Below, piece by piece: positions 50,836 through 61,054 of a stretch of 64,000 nt of DNA (position 1 is its first letter; every line of letters starts with the position of its first letter). This DNA is from a virus. Both the position numbers and the translations under genes were made by a program. The stretch spans positions 1-64,000 of IMG/VR virus record IMGVR_UViG_3300005253_000017, one strand, 5' to 3'. Below the pieces are notes generated by a model. That model was given only the letters and a program-made list of their open reading frames with translations. It was not told where the DNA came from and made no database searches.

Positions 50836-51407
50836 TGGAATTCGAATACACACAAGATTGGTATGAGACTGAATACCACAGAGGACTGACCGATAAGGCT
50901 GAGATAGACCCAGCAACTTTCCATCCTGAACGAGACACGGAGTGCCTGACGGACCTCGACCTCAGCAGGGAACACGATATTCTCGTGTGCGGTTGTGGGG
51001 GAGGCGATGACACATGGCTGATGGTAAACAAATTCGGCCTGAAGCAACTAATTCATGGAATAGATTGGAGCCAACCTGCGGTAGATTTTTGCAACCAATA
51101 CTTTGATGGACAGATGAAAGCCATCCAAGGCTGCGTATCAAATATGCCATACGCGGAGGGGACGTTTGACCGTATACTGGCAATGGATATCACCGAGCAC
51201 TTGCCAGGATTCATCTACCTTGTATTCCTGACAGAAGTCCGCCGAGTATTGAAGGTGGGTGGCAAGGTAGCGATATTGCCGGGGATGACATTGTTGCCTG
51301 AGCACGTCAATTTGATGCCTCTAGAAATTACTCTCAAACACGTTAAGAGACTCGGATTCAAGACACTCATAGTAAGGGACGAGTGGATAATAGCGGAGAA
51401 GGTATGA
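50835..51407 (+). CDS. Class I SAM-dependent methyltransferase
   Basis: LVCGCGGG, GIDWS, FDRILAMDITEH, RVLKVGG; start at the ATG overlapping the upstream TGA. Confidence 0.85.
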   Translation: MEFEYTQDWYETEYHRGLTDKAEIDPATFHPERDTECLTDLDLSREHDILVCGCGGGDDTWLMVNKFGLKQLIHGIDWSQPAVDFCNQYFDGQMKAIQGCVSNMPYAEGTFDRILAMDITEHLPGFIYLVFLTEVRRVLKVGGKVAILPGMTLLPEHVNLMPLEITLKHVKRLGFKTLIVRDEWIIAEKV

Positions 51408-51681
51408 AGAGATACGGAAATGTAGAACAGACGATTGTCACAAAACGGGAATGTATTGAATTACGATGCGACCTGTGTGGGCGAATAGCGGAGAATCCCA
51501 ATTGGGAATCCGGTCCTTTTGAATACTGTACTGTTGGAACGGGTAAAGGCTCTTTAAAATCGACATCTTCAGTAGATGGTGACTTTGATTGGCAGGAATT
51601 GGATTTATGCCACGAATGCGCCGACTGGCTGATAGATGAGATACGACACCATCGCATTACACGGGAACAAGAAGACAGATT

Positions 51682-52644
51682 ATGAACCTCGCATGGCTAG
51701 TAACTCCCGAGCAGTCAGTTCCCCCGCCCATGTACGGGGGCGCGGAATGCGTAACCGATATCCATATTCGCCACCTAATCAGAATGGGACATACGGTTGA
51801 CCTCTATTGTGGACCTAACAGCTCCTGTCCAGCGACGAACGTAATAGAGGCCCACAAGCCGTCCATGACCGAGGAAGACTATCTTGTAAAACGCATCGAG
51901 GAAAACTGGAAAGACTACGACTGCATCATCGACTATTCGGCCTACCACATAGCCGGACAGAAATTTCCCAATGCTTTGTCCCTGATGGGTGGCGACCCGT
52001 TCAAGAAGTATCCCCACGATAAGGTCAGGAATCGAGTCTACAAAAGCAAGGAATTCGGCCGTCACTATGACTGTGGAAACCATCCTGTACTCCATAACGT
52101 TATCGAGTACGACCCCAGTTCCGTTCCGCTTGGAGCAGGCGGCGAATACGTTCTCTTTGTGGGAATTATCCACCGCTGCAAGGGCATTCACCTTGCCGGG
52201 AAAGCCTGTAAAAAGCTCGGGCTAGACTTCATAGTCGCGGGACCAATCCGCGACGAGGAATACTGGGAGGACATCAAGGACTATGCCACGGAATACGTCG
52301 GCGAGATAGGGTATGACAAGAAGCATGAGCTTATGTCTAACGCCTATGCTTTTGCCCACCCAGTCCAGTGCTGTGACTGCGACCCCCTCGGACCAAAGGA
52401 AGCGATGTTAAGGGGAACCCCGGTTATCGCCTGTCCCAGCGGCGGTGTATCGGAGTCCGTTACGCCGGGAGTTAGCGGATACTTCGCAGTCAACGCAAAG
52501 CAATTCGAGAATGGATTCGAGTCCGTGTTCGCCCTCAACCGGGAGCTAGTCCGACAGGATATCCTAGCGAAGATTGACCCCATTCTGATAACCGATACAT
52601 TGATAGACCTGTGCCGACGGGTGAAGGAGGGAATCTCTTGGTAG
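51682..52644 (+). CDS. Glycosyltransferase family 4
   Basis: PPPMYGGAE, LFVGII...KG, EAMLRGTPVIA. Confidence 0.85.
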   Translation: MNLAWLVTPEQSVPPPMYGGAECVTDIHIRHLIRMGHTVDLYCGPNSSCPATNVIEAHKPSMTEEDYLVKRIEENWKDYDCIIDYSAYHIAGQKFPNALSLMGGDPFKKYPHDKVRNRVYKSKEFGRHYDCGNHPVLHNVIEYDPSSVPLGAGGEYVLFVGIIHRCKGIHLAGKACKKLGLDFIVAGPIRDEEYWEDIKDYATEYVGEIGYDKKHELMSNAYAFAHPVQCCDCDPLGPKEAMLRGTPVIACPSGGVSESVTPGVSGYFAVNAKQFENGFESVFALNRELVRQDILAKIDPILITDTLIDLCRRVKEGISW

Positions 52645-53594
52645 AAAAGGTTCTAGTGCATGAGGCAAATGCCTTTTCCTACAACGACCCGAGCGGGATC
52701 AGTGTCAGGACGATCCTAGACAGCATTGCAGAGGCGTTCCAGGGGATGGGATATCAGATTACGCGATGGCAAAGCCAGACATCGAACTATCCCCTCTCCA
52801 TAAAGTTCAAGTATGCTATCTTTTGGGGAGGAACCCAATCGTGGTTTCCCCCGGTGAAGATGAATTGCATAGACCATGGAACCGAGATACTCTATGCAGA
52901 GGTGGACGACTTCGGGCGATACTGGGAAGAAGGTAAGGGTGACGACATGCCATTCATCCTCTGTCGAAGTCTAAGCCCCTTTGCCCCGAACATCGGGGGT
53001 GTCGGCGGATCGAGAGTAATGGGAACTGAATTTCCATCCAACGGAGAAGATGTCTCCGTCCGAGATGGTGACTTGCTAGTAATTCTCCAGCACGAAAAAA
53101 ATCTTAAACTGCACCGCGATGTCTGTCCCATCTACCGGGACAGTACGGAATGGCTAAAGGACTTGGTAAACTGCTCTGTCCTTCCCATTAGGGTCCGAAA
53201 GCATCCTTCCTACAAGATACTTCAAAGCACATGGGATATTATCAATCAATATCCCAATGCCCGGTGGGACGATATTGATGACTTGGACGAGTCAATGGGA
53301 CAGGCCACCGCCCTGGCGTGTATAGACTCCCACTGCGGTGTCAGGGCGATCAAGGAGGGCATTCCCGTCCTGACCTATGGAATGGCCGTCTACAGGCATC
53401 CTGGCGTATCCTGGCGGTGCGTGGGATGGGAGGATACGGTGAAATACACAAACCGACTGAGACGAAAGAAGTGCGACTTAGACCGAGGAGCTATGAGGGA
53501 ATTCATCGGATATCTGGAGCGGAATACGTGGAAGCTCTCGGACCTACCGGAGAGACTGGAACGGTTTCTAGGAGGTGAGACCTTTGTTCCTTGA
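52611..53594 (+). CDS. KpsS/KpsC-like capsule-synthesis family transferase
   Basis: LVILQ, IRVRKHP, IDSHCGVRAIKEGIPV (variant of NSxxGxEAxxxGxPV). Confidence 0.6.
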   Translation: MPTGEGGNLLVEKVLVHEANAFSYNDPSGISVRTILDSIAEAFQGMGYQITRWQSQTSNYPLSIKFKYAIFWGGTQSWFPPVKMNCIDHGTEILYAEVDDFGRYWEEGKGDDMPFILCRSLSPFAPNIGGVGGSRVMGTEFPSNGEDVSVRDGDLLVILQHEKNLKLHRDVCPIYRDSTEWLKDLVNCSVLPIRVRKHPSYKILQSTWDIINQYPNARWDDIDDLDESMGQATALACIDSHCGVRAIKEGIPVLTYGMAVYRHPGVSWRCVGWEDTVKYTNRLRRKKCDLDRGAMREFIGYLERNTWKLSDLPERLERFLGGETFVP

Positions 53595-55026
53595 TGCGAA
53601 AGAGTTTGGCAATGTCTCCCATCCCCAAGAGGACTACCAGAACTGGGCTGAGATGGGATATGGAACCAGGTTGTCAAGGAAACTAGAGATTGATATTACT
53701 TCTCATTGTGATTTGAAATGTCATAACTGCGACAGGTCTTGTCGTCAAGCTCCTACTGAAAACTATATGACGGTTCAGCAGATATCGGCCTTCGTCCGGG
53801 ACTCTCTGTCTTACACCAAAACCAAACCCTGGGACCTCATCAAGCTAACCGGTGGAGAACCCAGCTGTCACCCGGAACTAAGGAAAGTCATCGAACCCTT
53901 TTTACGGTATAAACAAGCCTATCCGACCCTGAAAATGTGGTATAACACTCACGGATGTGGACAACGTGCTCAAGAGAGTATGGGGCTTGCCCGTTCTTGT
54001 CCCTGGATTAACCACGTGAATAGCAGTAGCAAGACAGGCCCTATCGTCCCAACACATGATAGTTACAACAAGGCCCCGGTTGACTATGGGCTACCCGGTG
54101 CTGTCTGTCCCCGACCATGGGACTGTGGGATGAGCCTGACATACTATGGCATTTATCCCTGCGGGCCAGGCGCGGCAATTGCCCGCGTGTTCGGCCTTGA
54201 TATCGCCATTCAGTCTATGTCAGCCTTGACGCATGAAGCGATACTAGAACAGTTGGAAGTCCTTTGCCCCCTGTGTGGACACTCTCCCACCGATATCAAG
54301 GAGTACAACATTGGGGCAAAAGAAGTCGTCTCGTCCTCGTGGGAAAAGGCGTATAATGATTATAGAGAGAAGCCCCCAAAGATGAGACGAATCTACGACA
54401 GATTGCCACAGTTCAAAGGTGTATGGAGTAGTAAGAAAAGGCAAGCGGCGATAGACATGCTGGCGGCGATTGACGAAGTTTTCTCGCTTCATGGAGTTGG
54501 GTGGATGCTGATTTATGGAACGTTGTTGGGATGCATACGCCACGGGGGACAGATTCCGTGGGACGATGACATGGACATCACGATTAACAAAAATGCTGCG
54601 GGAGGATTTGCGGACGCCCTGGATGACCTCCACGAAAGGGGATACAGTTGGGCGGAGGAAGATTCTCCCCAAAACGGACACTACCTGAAGATGTTTCCTA
54701 AAACCGGCGAGCAGGAGCGATACTACCGCAAGCCGTTCGTGGATATCTTCTCATATGTGGAGACGGAGGATAAGATTGACTTCTGCTCGAATGGACAGAC
54801 GCCCCCACCTCTAAAGCCATTTTCAAAGACAGATATTTTGCCACTGGTACGACGGGACTTCTGGGGCCTATCACTTCCGACGCCGAATAAATCGTCGGTG
54901 TTTCTGGACCGACACTACCCCGGTTGGGACAAGCAGTGTGTAAACTTTAAGCGAAACAGATATAGCTTATCGAACCTGAGTATGAGCATTGACGAATTGC
55001 GGCCCTTTCACGAGTTCAAGATATGA
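53575..55026 (+). CDS. Radical SAM domain fused to LicD-family nucleotidyl/phosphotransferase
   Basis: CDLKCHNC, TGGEP, Cys-rich segment, then YGTLLGCIRHGGQIPWDDDMDI and FVDIF. Confidence 0.85.
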   Translation: MRPLFLDAKEFGNVSHPQEDYQNWAEMGYGTRLSRKLEIDITSHCDLKCHNCDRSCRQAPTENYMTVQQISAFVRDSLSYTKTKPWDLIKLTGGEPSCHPELRKVIEPFLRYKQAYPTLKMWYNTHGCGQRAQESMGLARSCPWINHVNSSSKTGPIVPTHDSYNKAPVDYGLPGAVCPRPWDCGMSLTYYGIYPCGPGAAIARVFGLDIAIQSMSALTHEAILEQLEVLCPLCGHSPTDIKEYNIGAKEVVSSSWEKAYNDYREKPPKMRRIYDRLPQFKGVWSSKKRQAAIDMLAAIDEVFSLHGVGWMLIYGTLLGCIRHGGQIPWDDDMDITINKNAAGGFADALDDLHERGYSWAEEDSPQNGHYLKMFPKTGEQERYYRKPFVDIFSYVETEDKIDFCSNGQTPPPLKPFSKTDILPLVRRDFWGLSLPTPNKSSVFLDRHYPGWDKQCVNFKRNRYSLSNLSMSIDELRPFHEFKI

Positions 55027-55616
55027 AACAACGAGAATACAAAGACTATGAGGCGTATGTTCAACACCAAAAAGAGGCCCGCTGGTCGGGTAAGGAGGAG
55101 GAATACTTCAAGCTTCATCATAAGAAGCACTTAATAGAATTTAGATTGTGGTTTGCGACAGCCGTTCCCCATATTACCTTCAAAGACTCTAGGTCGATAT
55201 GCCTTGGTCCATCGTTCTGTGCAGAGGTGGTAATACTCAGGGAGTTAGGAAGCAACTGCATTGGATTGGACCTGATTGCGACACCGCCCTGGAGCATTGC
55301 AGGTGACTTCCACAATGTGCCATTCGGAGATAAAGAATTCGACTTTGTTTATAGCAACGCCCTCGATCATGCAAATGACTTGAACAAGTTTGTATCCGAA
55401 GCAAAAAGGATAGTAAAACCAGATGGGTTGATAATGTTTCATCTACATTTAGGCCAGGGATGTGACAGGGGATACGAGTCTATGTCTATTCAGATTCCAG
55501 AGGATATCTTACACAGATTGCCGGAATTTGAGGTATTGCTAAACCAACCCATCGATCCCTATCCATCAGGCAGCAGAAACATGAACTGGACATTATTATT
55601 GAGGAAACCGAAATGA
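55023..55616 (+). CDS. SAM-dependent methyltransferase
   Basis: ICLG, IGLDL, GDFHNVPF, FDFVYSNALDH. Confidence 0.8.
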   Translation: MKQREYKDYEAYVQHQKEARWSGKEEEYFKLHHKKHLIEFRLWFATAVPHITFKDSRSICLGPSFCAEVVILRELGSNCIGLDLIATPPWSIAGDFHNVPFGDKEFDFVYSNALDHANDLNKFVSEAKRIVKPDGLIMFHLHLGQGCDRGYESMSIQIPEDILHRLPEFEVLLNQPIDPYPSGSRNMNWTLLLRKPK

Positions 55617-56026
55617 TAGTAGGATACACAGTAGGCACATTCGACCTATTCCATGTCGGGCATTTGCGATTGCTTGAAAAGGCGGACGCAATGTGTGATA
55701 GGCTCATCGTAGGAGTAAACCGGGATGAGTATATTATGGATAGAAAACCCAAGCCAATTATCCCGTTGGAACAGCGAATCGAAATTCTCAGGAGCTGTTG
55801 GTTTGTTGACGAGGTTGTCGTGCCTCCCCTTGACAAAATAGAGACATGGCAAATTCTACGATTCAATGTGTTTTTCATGGGCGATGACTGGCAGGGAACG
55901 TTAGAATGGATTGACCGAGAAGAAGAGTTTATCGAAGCAAATATCCCTGTCGAGTTCATCTATCTTCCAGTTACTGAGGGTATAAGATCAAACAACATAC
56001 GGAGGCGATGCTGTGATTCGGGATAG
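55613..56026 (+). CDS. TagD-like cytidylyltransferase (HxGH family)
   Basis: GTFDLFHVGH, LIVGV, GDDW. Confidence 0.88.
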   Translation: MIVGYTVGTFDLFHVGHLRLLEKADAMCDRLIVGVNRDEYIMDRKPKPIIPLEQRIEILRSCWFVDEVVVPPLDKIETWQILRFNVFFMGDDWQGTLEWIDREEEFIEANIPVEFIYLPVTEGIRSNNIRRRCCDSG

Positions 56027-56438
56027 TGACCTAGTACGAGTGTTACAAGAGGATGGAATAAATGATGTTGATATCCACACATTCGTAGACTGCGATATAA
56101 CCAATCTTGCGAAAATTCGATGTTTCATGGGCAAGGAGGGGAATTGGGCAGTGCGAGTGACCTACAATAAGCACTTCGGAGGTGTAGTCATCCAACAGAT
56201 GCCGGGAGAAGGGAATCGGTTTCATTTTCATCCCAATGCCGCTGAGTGTTGGGTAATATTAGAGGGAACGTTCATCTGGTGGATACATGGGGCTCCTCAG
56301 CACGTCACCGCCGGGGATATTGTAAATGTACCTGCCGGGGCTCACCATAGAATACGAGTGATAGGCGACAAACCTGCCGTTCGGTTCGCCGTTACGGTGC
56401 CTGACGTAGTACACCAATTCGAGGATGATAATGCCTAG
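56013..56438 (+). CDS. Cupin-domain protein
   Basis: HFHP..AECW, GDIVNVPAGAHH. Confidence 0.8.
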   Translation: MIRDSDLVRVLQEDGINDVDIHTFVDCDITNLAKIRCFMGKEGNWAVRVTYNKHFGGVVIQQMPGEGNRFHFHPNAAECWVILEGTFIWWIHGAPQHVTAGDIVNVPAGAHHRIRVIGDKPAVRFAVTVPDVVHQFEDDNA

Positions 56439-57165
56439 ACATGTGTTCATCACTGGCGGTTCACGGGGCATAGGCAGAGCGACGGCGGAAGCGTTCCTAG
56501 AAGAGGGCGACTACGTTACGATCATAAGTCCCAATACAGTCATGACAGCTGTGAGGGAATTAAGGAAGAAATTCCCCGAAAGAATCAGATGTGTTGAAGG
56601 GGATATATCTGATTCAGATGCCGTGCCCCAACATATGAATAAAGCAAGGGCAATGTTGGGTCCGATAGAAGTGCTGGTAAATTGTGCGGGTATTTTTACT
56701 CCTAATACTGAACTGACTACTATATCTTCTTGGAATAAGGTGATCGCTACTAACCTTACTGCCTGTTTTCTAACAAGTCAAGAAGTAATAGGCCACATGA
56801 TGCACGCGAGGCGGGGAAAGATTATCAATGTCTCATCTATCGCAGGTTTATCATACTCCAAATTGGGATCGGAGGCCTACACGGTAAGTAAGGCCGGAGT
56901 AATCGCGCTTACAAAACACCAAGCGGCAACTTATGGACCGTGGAATATCAATGTCAACTGTATTTGTCCCGGTCAGACACAAACCGATATGCTCAAATCT
57001 TGTTATTCACCCAAAAGTGATGATGAAGAGATGTTAATGAAAAACATACCAATGTTAAGGTTCGCCCGCGCCTATGAACAAGCAAGTGTAATAGTCTTTC
57101 TGGCGTCAGAAGCCGCCAGCTACATCAACGGAGCAATAATCAACGTGAGCGGAGGCCAACAATGA
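56425..57165 (+). CDS. Short-chain dehydrogenase/reductase
   Basis: TGGSRGIG, VNCAG, NVSS, YTVSK. Confidence 0.92.
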   Translation: MIMPRHVFITGGSRGIGRATAEAFLEEGDYVTIISPNTVMTAVRELRKKFPERIRCVEGDISDSDAVPQHMNKARAMLGPIEVLVNCAGIFTPNTELTTISSWNKVIATNLTACFLTSQEVIGHMMHARRGKIINVSSIAGLSYSKLGSEAYTVSKAGVIALTKHQAATYGPWNINVNCICPGQTQTDMLKSCYSPKSDDEEMLMKNIPMLRFARAYEQASVIVFLASEAASYINGAIINVSGGQQ

Positions 57166-57899
57166 AAACGATAGCGCTAGTGGCGGCAAAGGGAACAAGC
57201 AAACGGGTAGAAAGTAAGAGCATTCGGCCATTCGCGGGCATGAACCTCACGACCCTGAAACTTCAGACACTACTGAAGGTCAAACATCTTGATGGAATCG
57301 TGCTGTCATCGGAAGACCCGGCCGTCCTGAACAAGGCCGCCCAATTCCGAATCCTTCAACACAAGAGAGATGTTTATTTCTCCTTGGACACAACACCAAT
57401 GAGCGAGGTTTACCAGCATCTGGCTAACGCAGTAATGAAGAACTTCGGGAACGATACCGTGATAGTCTGGACGCCTATAACAAATCCGCTGATTCTGCCA
57501 AAATCATTTGATGAGGTAATCGAAACGTATTACGATAGAGTCGCTAACAGCCAACACAAGACGTTCAATTACGATTGCCTTCACACAGTTACGAGGATTC
57601 ATGACTATATATTTGATGGGTGGAACAGAAAGCCAACAACTTTTACTTCATTCGCCGGGACGCGCTCGAACCAAATCCATGCCTTCAAGCTCAACCTCGG
57701 AGCCTGTATCCTTCCGGCCAGTAAAATGCGAAAATGGAAAAGCATTCTAGGCGAGACGCCATATTTCGAGTTTGTAGACCGAAACGAGTTCATGGACATC
57801 GACTACCCGGAGGAATTCGCGTTTGCTGAAATGCTCTATCGGTCGCGGGAAAAATCCAAGCCTATGCCGAAGCCAACAGCAAAGAAAGAAACCAAATGA
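57162..57899 (+). CDS. NeuA/KdsB-like cytidylyltransferase
   Basis: AAKGTSKRVESKSIRPF (variant of ARxGSKR..xKN), ITNPL, DIDYPEEF. Confidence 0.8.
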   Translation: MKTIALVAAKGTSKRVESKSIRPFAGMNLTTLKLQTLLKVKHLDGIVLSSEDPAVLNKAAQFRILQHKRDVYFSLDTTPMSEVYQHLANAVMKNFGNDTVIVWTPITNPLILPKSFDEVIETYYDRVANSQHKTFNYDCLHTVTRIHDYIFDGWNRKPTTFTSFAGTRSNQIHAFKLNLGACILPASKMRKWKSILGETPYFEFVDRNEFMDIDYPEEFAFAEMLYRSREKSKPMPKPTAKKETK

Positions 57900-58837
57900 A
57901 GATACTCGTAACAACCCACCCATTCGGTGATCCCAATCCGACACCAAGAAGGCAGCTCGACGGGCGGGATGTCATCTATAACCCCGAGGGCCGGAAGTTG
58001 AAGAAGGGCGAGCTGAAGAGAATTCTGATTCAATGCCAGCCTGACATCATCATAGCCGGGACGGAAGAATACGCGGAATGGACACTCGACCTCGTGTCCA
58101 ACCTTGCCATGATAAGCCGAGTTGGAATCGGCATCGATGGCATTGACCTGAAGGTTTGTGAAGAACGGGGGATAGTAGTCACCAACACGCCAGATGCCCC
58201 CAGCAATGCGGTGGCTGAACTCACCATCTGTCAGATGCTCAATATGCTCAGACGGGTCCAGGAGGCCGACAGGGCCATGAGGGAAGGTAATTGGTATCGC
58301 CATATCGGCCGGGACATCCGAAGCTGTGACATCGGGGTGATCGGCTGTGGGCGGATAGGCAGATTGGTCTTGGAGAAGGTGGCGGGCCTCAAGCCCCGAA
58401 GGATATTTGCCAACGATATTATCCCAGAACGTTGTCGGGGAATAGAAAGAACGGAGCCGGAGAGCAAGCTACAGATATTCGCTTCCTGCGACATCATCAC
58501 CATTCACATTCCCTTCGAGGAAAGGAACCTCCACTATGTCGGGCCGAGGGAATTCAATTTGATGAAACCGGACGCCTGTCTAATAAATATGTCACGGGGA
58601 GCTATCGTAGATGAAGGCGCTCTATATGACTGGCTGGAGGTGGGAGACGGTTCTGCGGCAATAGACGTGTTTACCAAGGAGCCATACTCGGGGCCACTGG
58701 TGAAGCTAGATAACGCCTATCTCACGCCCCACCTTGGCAGCTGTACGCGAAAGAGTAGATTCGACATGGAGGTGGGAGCGGTTGAAGAGGTGCTAAATCT
58801 TCTGGAGCACAAGGAATTCAACAATAGGGTGGTATAA
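57896..58837 (+). CDS. D-isomer-specific 2-hydroxyacid dehydrogenase (SerA-like)
   Basis: RVGIGIDGID, GVIGCGRIG, INMSRG, DVF..EP, TPHLG. Confidence 0.9.
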   Translation: MKILVTTHPFGDPNPTPRRQLDGRDVIYNPEGRKLKKGELKRILIQCQPDIIIAGTEEYAEWTLDLVSNLAMISRVGIGIDGIDLKVCEERGIVVTNTPDAPSNAVAELTICQMLNMLRRVQEADRAMREGNWYRHIGRDIRSCDIGVIGCGRIGRLVLEKVAGLKPRRIFANDIIPERCRGIERTEPESKLQIFASCDIITIHIPFEERNLHYVGPREFNLMKPDACLINMSRGAIVDEGALYDWLEVGDGSAAIDVFTKEPYSGPLVKLDNAYLTPHLGSCTRKSRFDMEVGAVEEVLNLLEHKEFNNRVV

Positions 58838-58984
58838 TGAAAACTAGGAGTGTCGAAGATATTGAAAAGCCTTTACGATACGGATTCGATAAGAGGGGGG
58901 CGGCAGACGGTTTTGAAAGTGCCGTAAATTGGCTAATTAAGGCAGCCGCTAGTTGGGCAGTTACTGCACAAACGGAAGCGGCAA

Positions 58985-59296
58985 ATGGGGAGTGGTGGCG
59001 ACAACAATATTGGAGTCAACATGATAAGAGTAGAAAGACTGATTAGAGCCGGGTGTCCGCTGTGTGATATGCAACGACTGACCAAGTGGTACGAGGTTAC
59101 GGAAACATATATCATCTGTAACTGCAAGAGCTGCGGGACGCCCATGCTTGTCTGGCGGGACCACGACCCGCCGAGCGAGGGACAGCGGGAGCAATTGTTG
59201 CGGATAGCAAGGATGAAATATCCGGGCATGGAGATTGACGAGGAGCAGAGGACGATAAAGGACCACTATCACTTTCATATCGGGAGGAAGAAGTGA
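58985..59296 (+). CDS. Small HIT-like protein
   Basis: CPLC...CKSC...HYHFH. Confidence 0.5.
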   Translation: MGSGGDNNIGVNMIRVERLIRAGCPLCDMQRLTKWYEVTETYIICNCKSCGTPMLVWRDHDPPSEGQREQLLRIARMKYPGMEIDEEQRTIKDHYHFHIGRKK

Positions 59297-59458
59297 GGGA
59301 TAAGAAGGGTACGTCAAGTCCAGGGGCAACTACAAAGCCCAGTGCTATTGAAGAATACAGAACCATAATTGAGAGAAGAAAAATGGAGCGGGAAAAGCGG
59401 GCGAAGCGACTGAAGCAATTCCAAGAGCAGGCCGAGAACGGGGAACCGTTGGAGTATA

Positions 59459-59920
59459 ATGAGACCTCGCGGTGAAAGAATCAGCCAGAAATATCCTTGG
59501 CGTCGAGATAGTTATGGTAATTATATCTGTGCCCTGTGTGGCAAATGCTGCAATGGACGGCGAAAGTACTGTTCTACTGAATGTCAAGACGTAGTTTATA
59601 TTGAATGTGATCCTGGTTTCGCACGAATGAAAGTTCGACAACGTGACCACGGAGTGTGTGCAATATGTGGACGGGATTATGGAATGTTAAAAAGAACACT
59701 TCGTCGAGTTCGAGAAATTGATTGGGTAGCTTGGGATTGGATTAGAGAGGCACTTGGACTCGGTAATCGAACACATTTCTGGGAGGCGCACCACAAGATA
59801 GCTGTTGCCAATGGGGGTGGTGGTTGCGGGCTCAATGGGTACGAAACAATCTGCTTTAGGTGTCACCCAAAATTGACCGGTGTGCAACGAAAGGCAAGAA
59901 ATCAAGACAAGGGTGAATAG
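59459..59920 (+). CDS. HNH endonuclease
   Basis: RDHGVCAICG, WEAHHKIAV..GGG, ETICFRCH. Confidence 0.8.
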   Translation: MRPRGERISQKYPWRRDSYGNYICALCGKCCNGRRKYCSTECQDVVYIECDPGFARMKVRQRDHGVCAICGRDYGMLKRTLRRVREIDWVAWDWIREALGLGNRTHFWEAHHKIAVANGGGGCGLNGYETICFRCHPKLTGVQRKARNQDKGE

Positions 59921-60118
59921 AGCGTATAATGAAATATAGGTTCGGTTACGGTCGATGCCGTACCTGCCGACGGTTGCTCGCCTCGACTAAACAGGGATTG
60001 GCGTACCGGCATGGGCATACGAAACGCAGACCGACGCCGTGCAAGGGTTCAAAAGAACCATTAACCAATAGGCGAATCAGGCCCAAGCATGCTGGATATC
60101 TTTGGTGAACGGTGAATA

Positions 60119-61054
60119 ATGACAACGAACAAGCTCCAGCAAACCCTCAAGGCTCTCAGGATACCATTTCAGGAATCTACAAAGTGCCTGAACATCAACT
60201 GTCCATTCTGCGTGGGCAAGTCAAGCGGGCGTAGGGATGACAAGTTTCGCTGCGGGATATTCCCGAACGTCTTACGATACTATTGCTTTAGGTGTCACCG
60301 CAAGGGGAGCTTCTACGATATCCTCAGTACCCTGCTGGGATATACCCGAAGTGAATACGCTCGGACCGTAGACAAAGCCCCGGACCTACAGGACAAGGAC
60401 GTGCTGGATATCATACGGGAAAATCTACATGGTGTTCCTACGGTCAAGGCCAAGAAGGCGGACAAGATAGAGTTGCCCCCAAGTAGGGGGGTCACCCCCG
60501 AACTGGTGGGGGATCAGCCCCTACTCAGGCAATTCCTAGTCGATAGGGGAATCAGCCTACGGACCTGCAGTGACTACATGGTACGATATACTGGTGTAGC
60601 CGGACAGCATGCACAGAGACTCATCATCCCGATATATGACGACAACCAGAATCTCGTGGCCTGGCAGGGAAGGGACGTTTCCAGCAAGGCGAAGCTGAAA
60701 TACTTTACCAACGGTCCCATCATGGACTACCTGTACTGGACAGTATCAGTAGAACCGCCGTACAGAATCTATCTGGTAGAGGGAGCGATAGACTGCTGGC
60801 GTATGGGGCACAATGCTGTGACATGCTTTAGCAAACAGCTCACGCGGGGACAGAGGGCAAAGCTGGTGACAGACGACTACATAAAGGAACTAGTGCTGTG
60901 CTGGGATTCGGATGCGTATAATGAGGCGAGGGGAACTGCATTAGATTTGGCACCGATAATGAGAACCGGGGTGGTCCGCCTGCCGGAGGGCGAGGACCCC
61001 GACAGTTTGGGGGCGAAGGCAGTAAGGGAGCTTGATATTGAATGGCTAAACTGA
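60119..61054 (+). CDS. DNA primase (Zn finger plus TOPRIM)
   Basis: CPFC...CFRC, RLIIPI, WQGR, LVEG..D, WDSD, EDPD. Confidence 0.88.
   Translation: MTTNKLQQTLKALRIPFQESTKCLNINCPFCVGKSSGRRDDKFRCGIFPNVLRYYCFRCHRKGSFYDILSTLLGYTRSEYARTVDKAPDLQDKDVLDIIRENLHGVPTVKAKKADKIELPPSRGVTPELVGDQPLLRQFLVDRGISLRTCSDYMVRYTGVAGQHAQRLIIPIYDDNQNLVAWQGRDVSSKAKLKYFTNGPIMDYLYWTVSVEPPYRIYLVEGAIDCWRMGHNAVTCFSKQLTRGQRAKLVTDDYIKELVLCWDSDAYNEARGTALDLAPIMRTGVVRLPEGEDPDSLGAKAVRELDIEWLN

Noticed and set aside
57896-58837. serA as an auxiliary serine-metabolism gene
   Set aside because: No ACT domain, and it is coupled to cytidylyltransferase/SDR genes, so a glycan-precursor role is more likely.
59921-60118. Possible ncRNA in the apparent gap before primase
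   Set aside because: Contains a 59-aa ORF (MKYRFGYGRCRTCRR...RHGH...PCKGS) below the track cutoff, with its own GTATAAT; probably a small Zn-binding protein.
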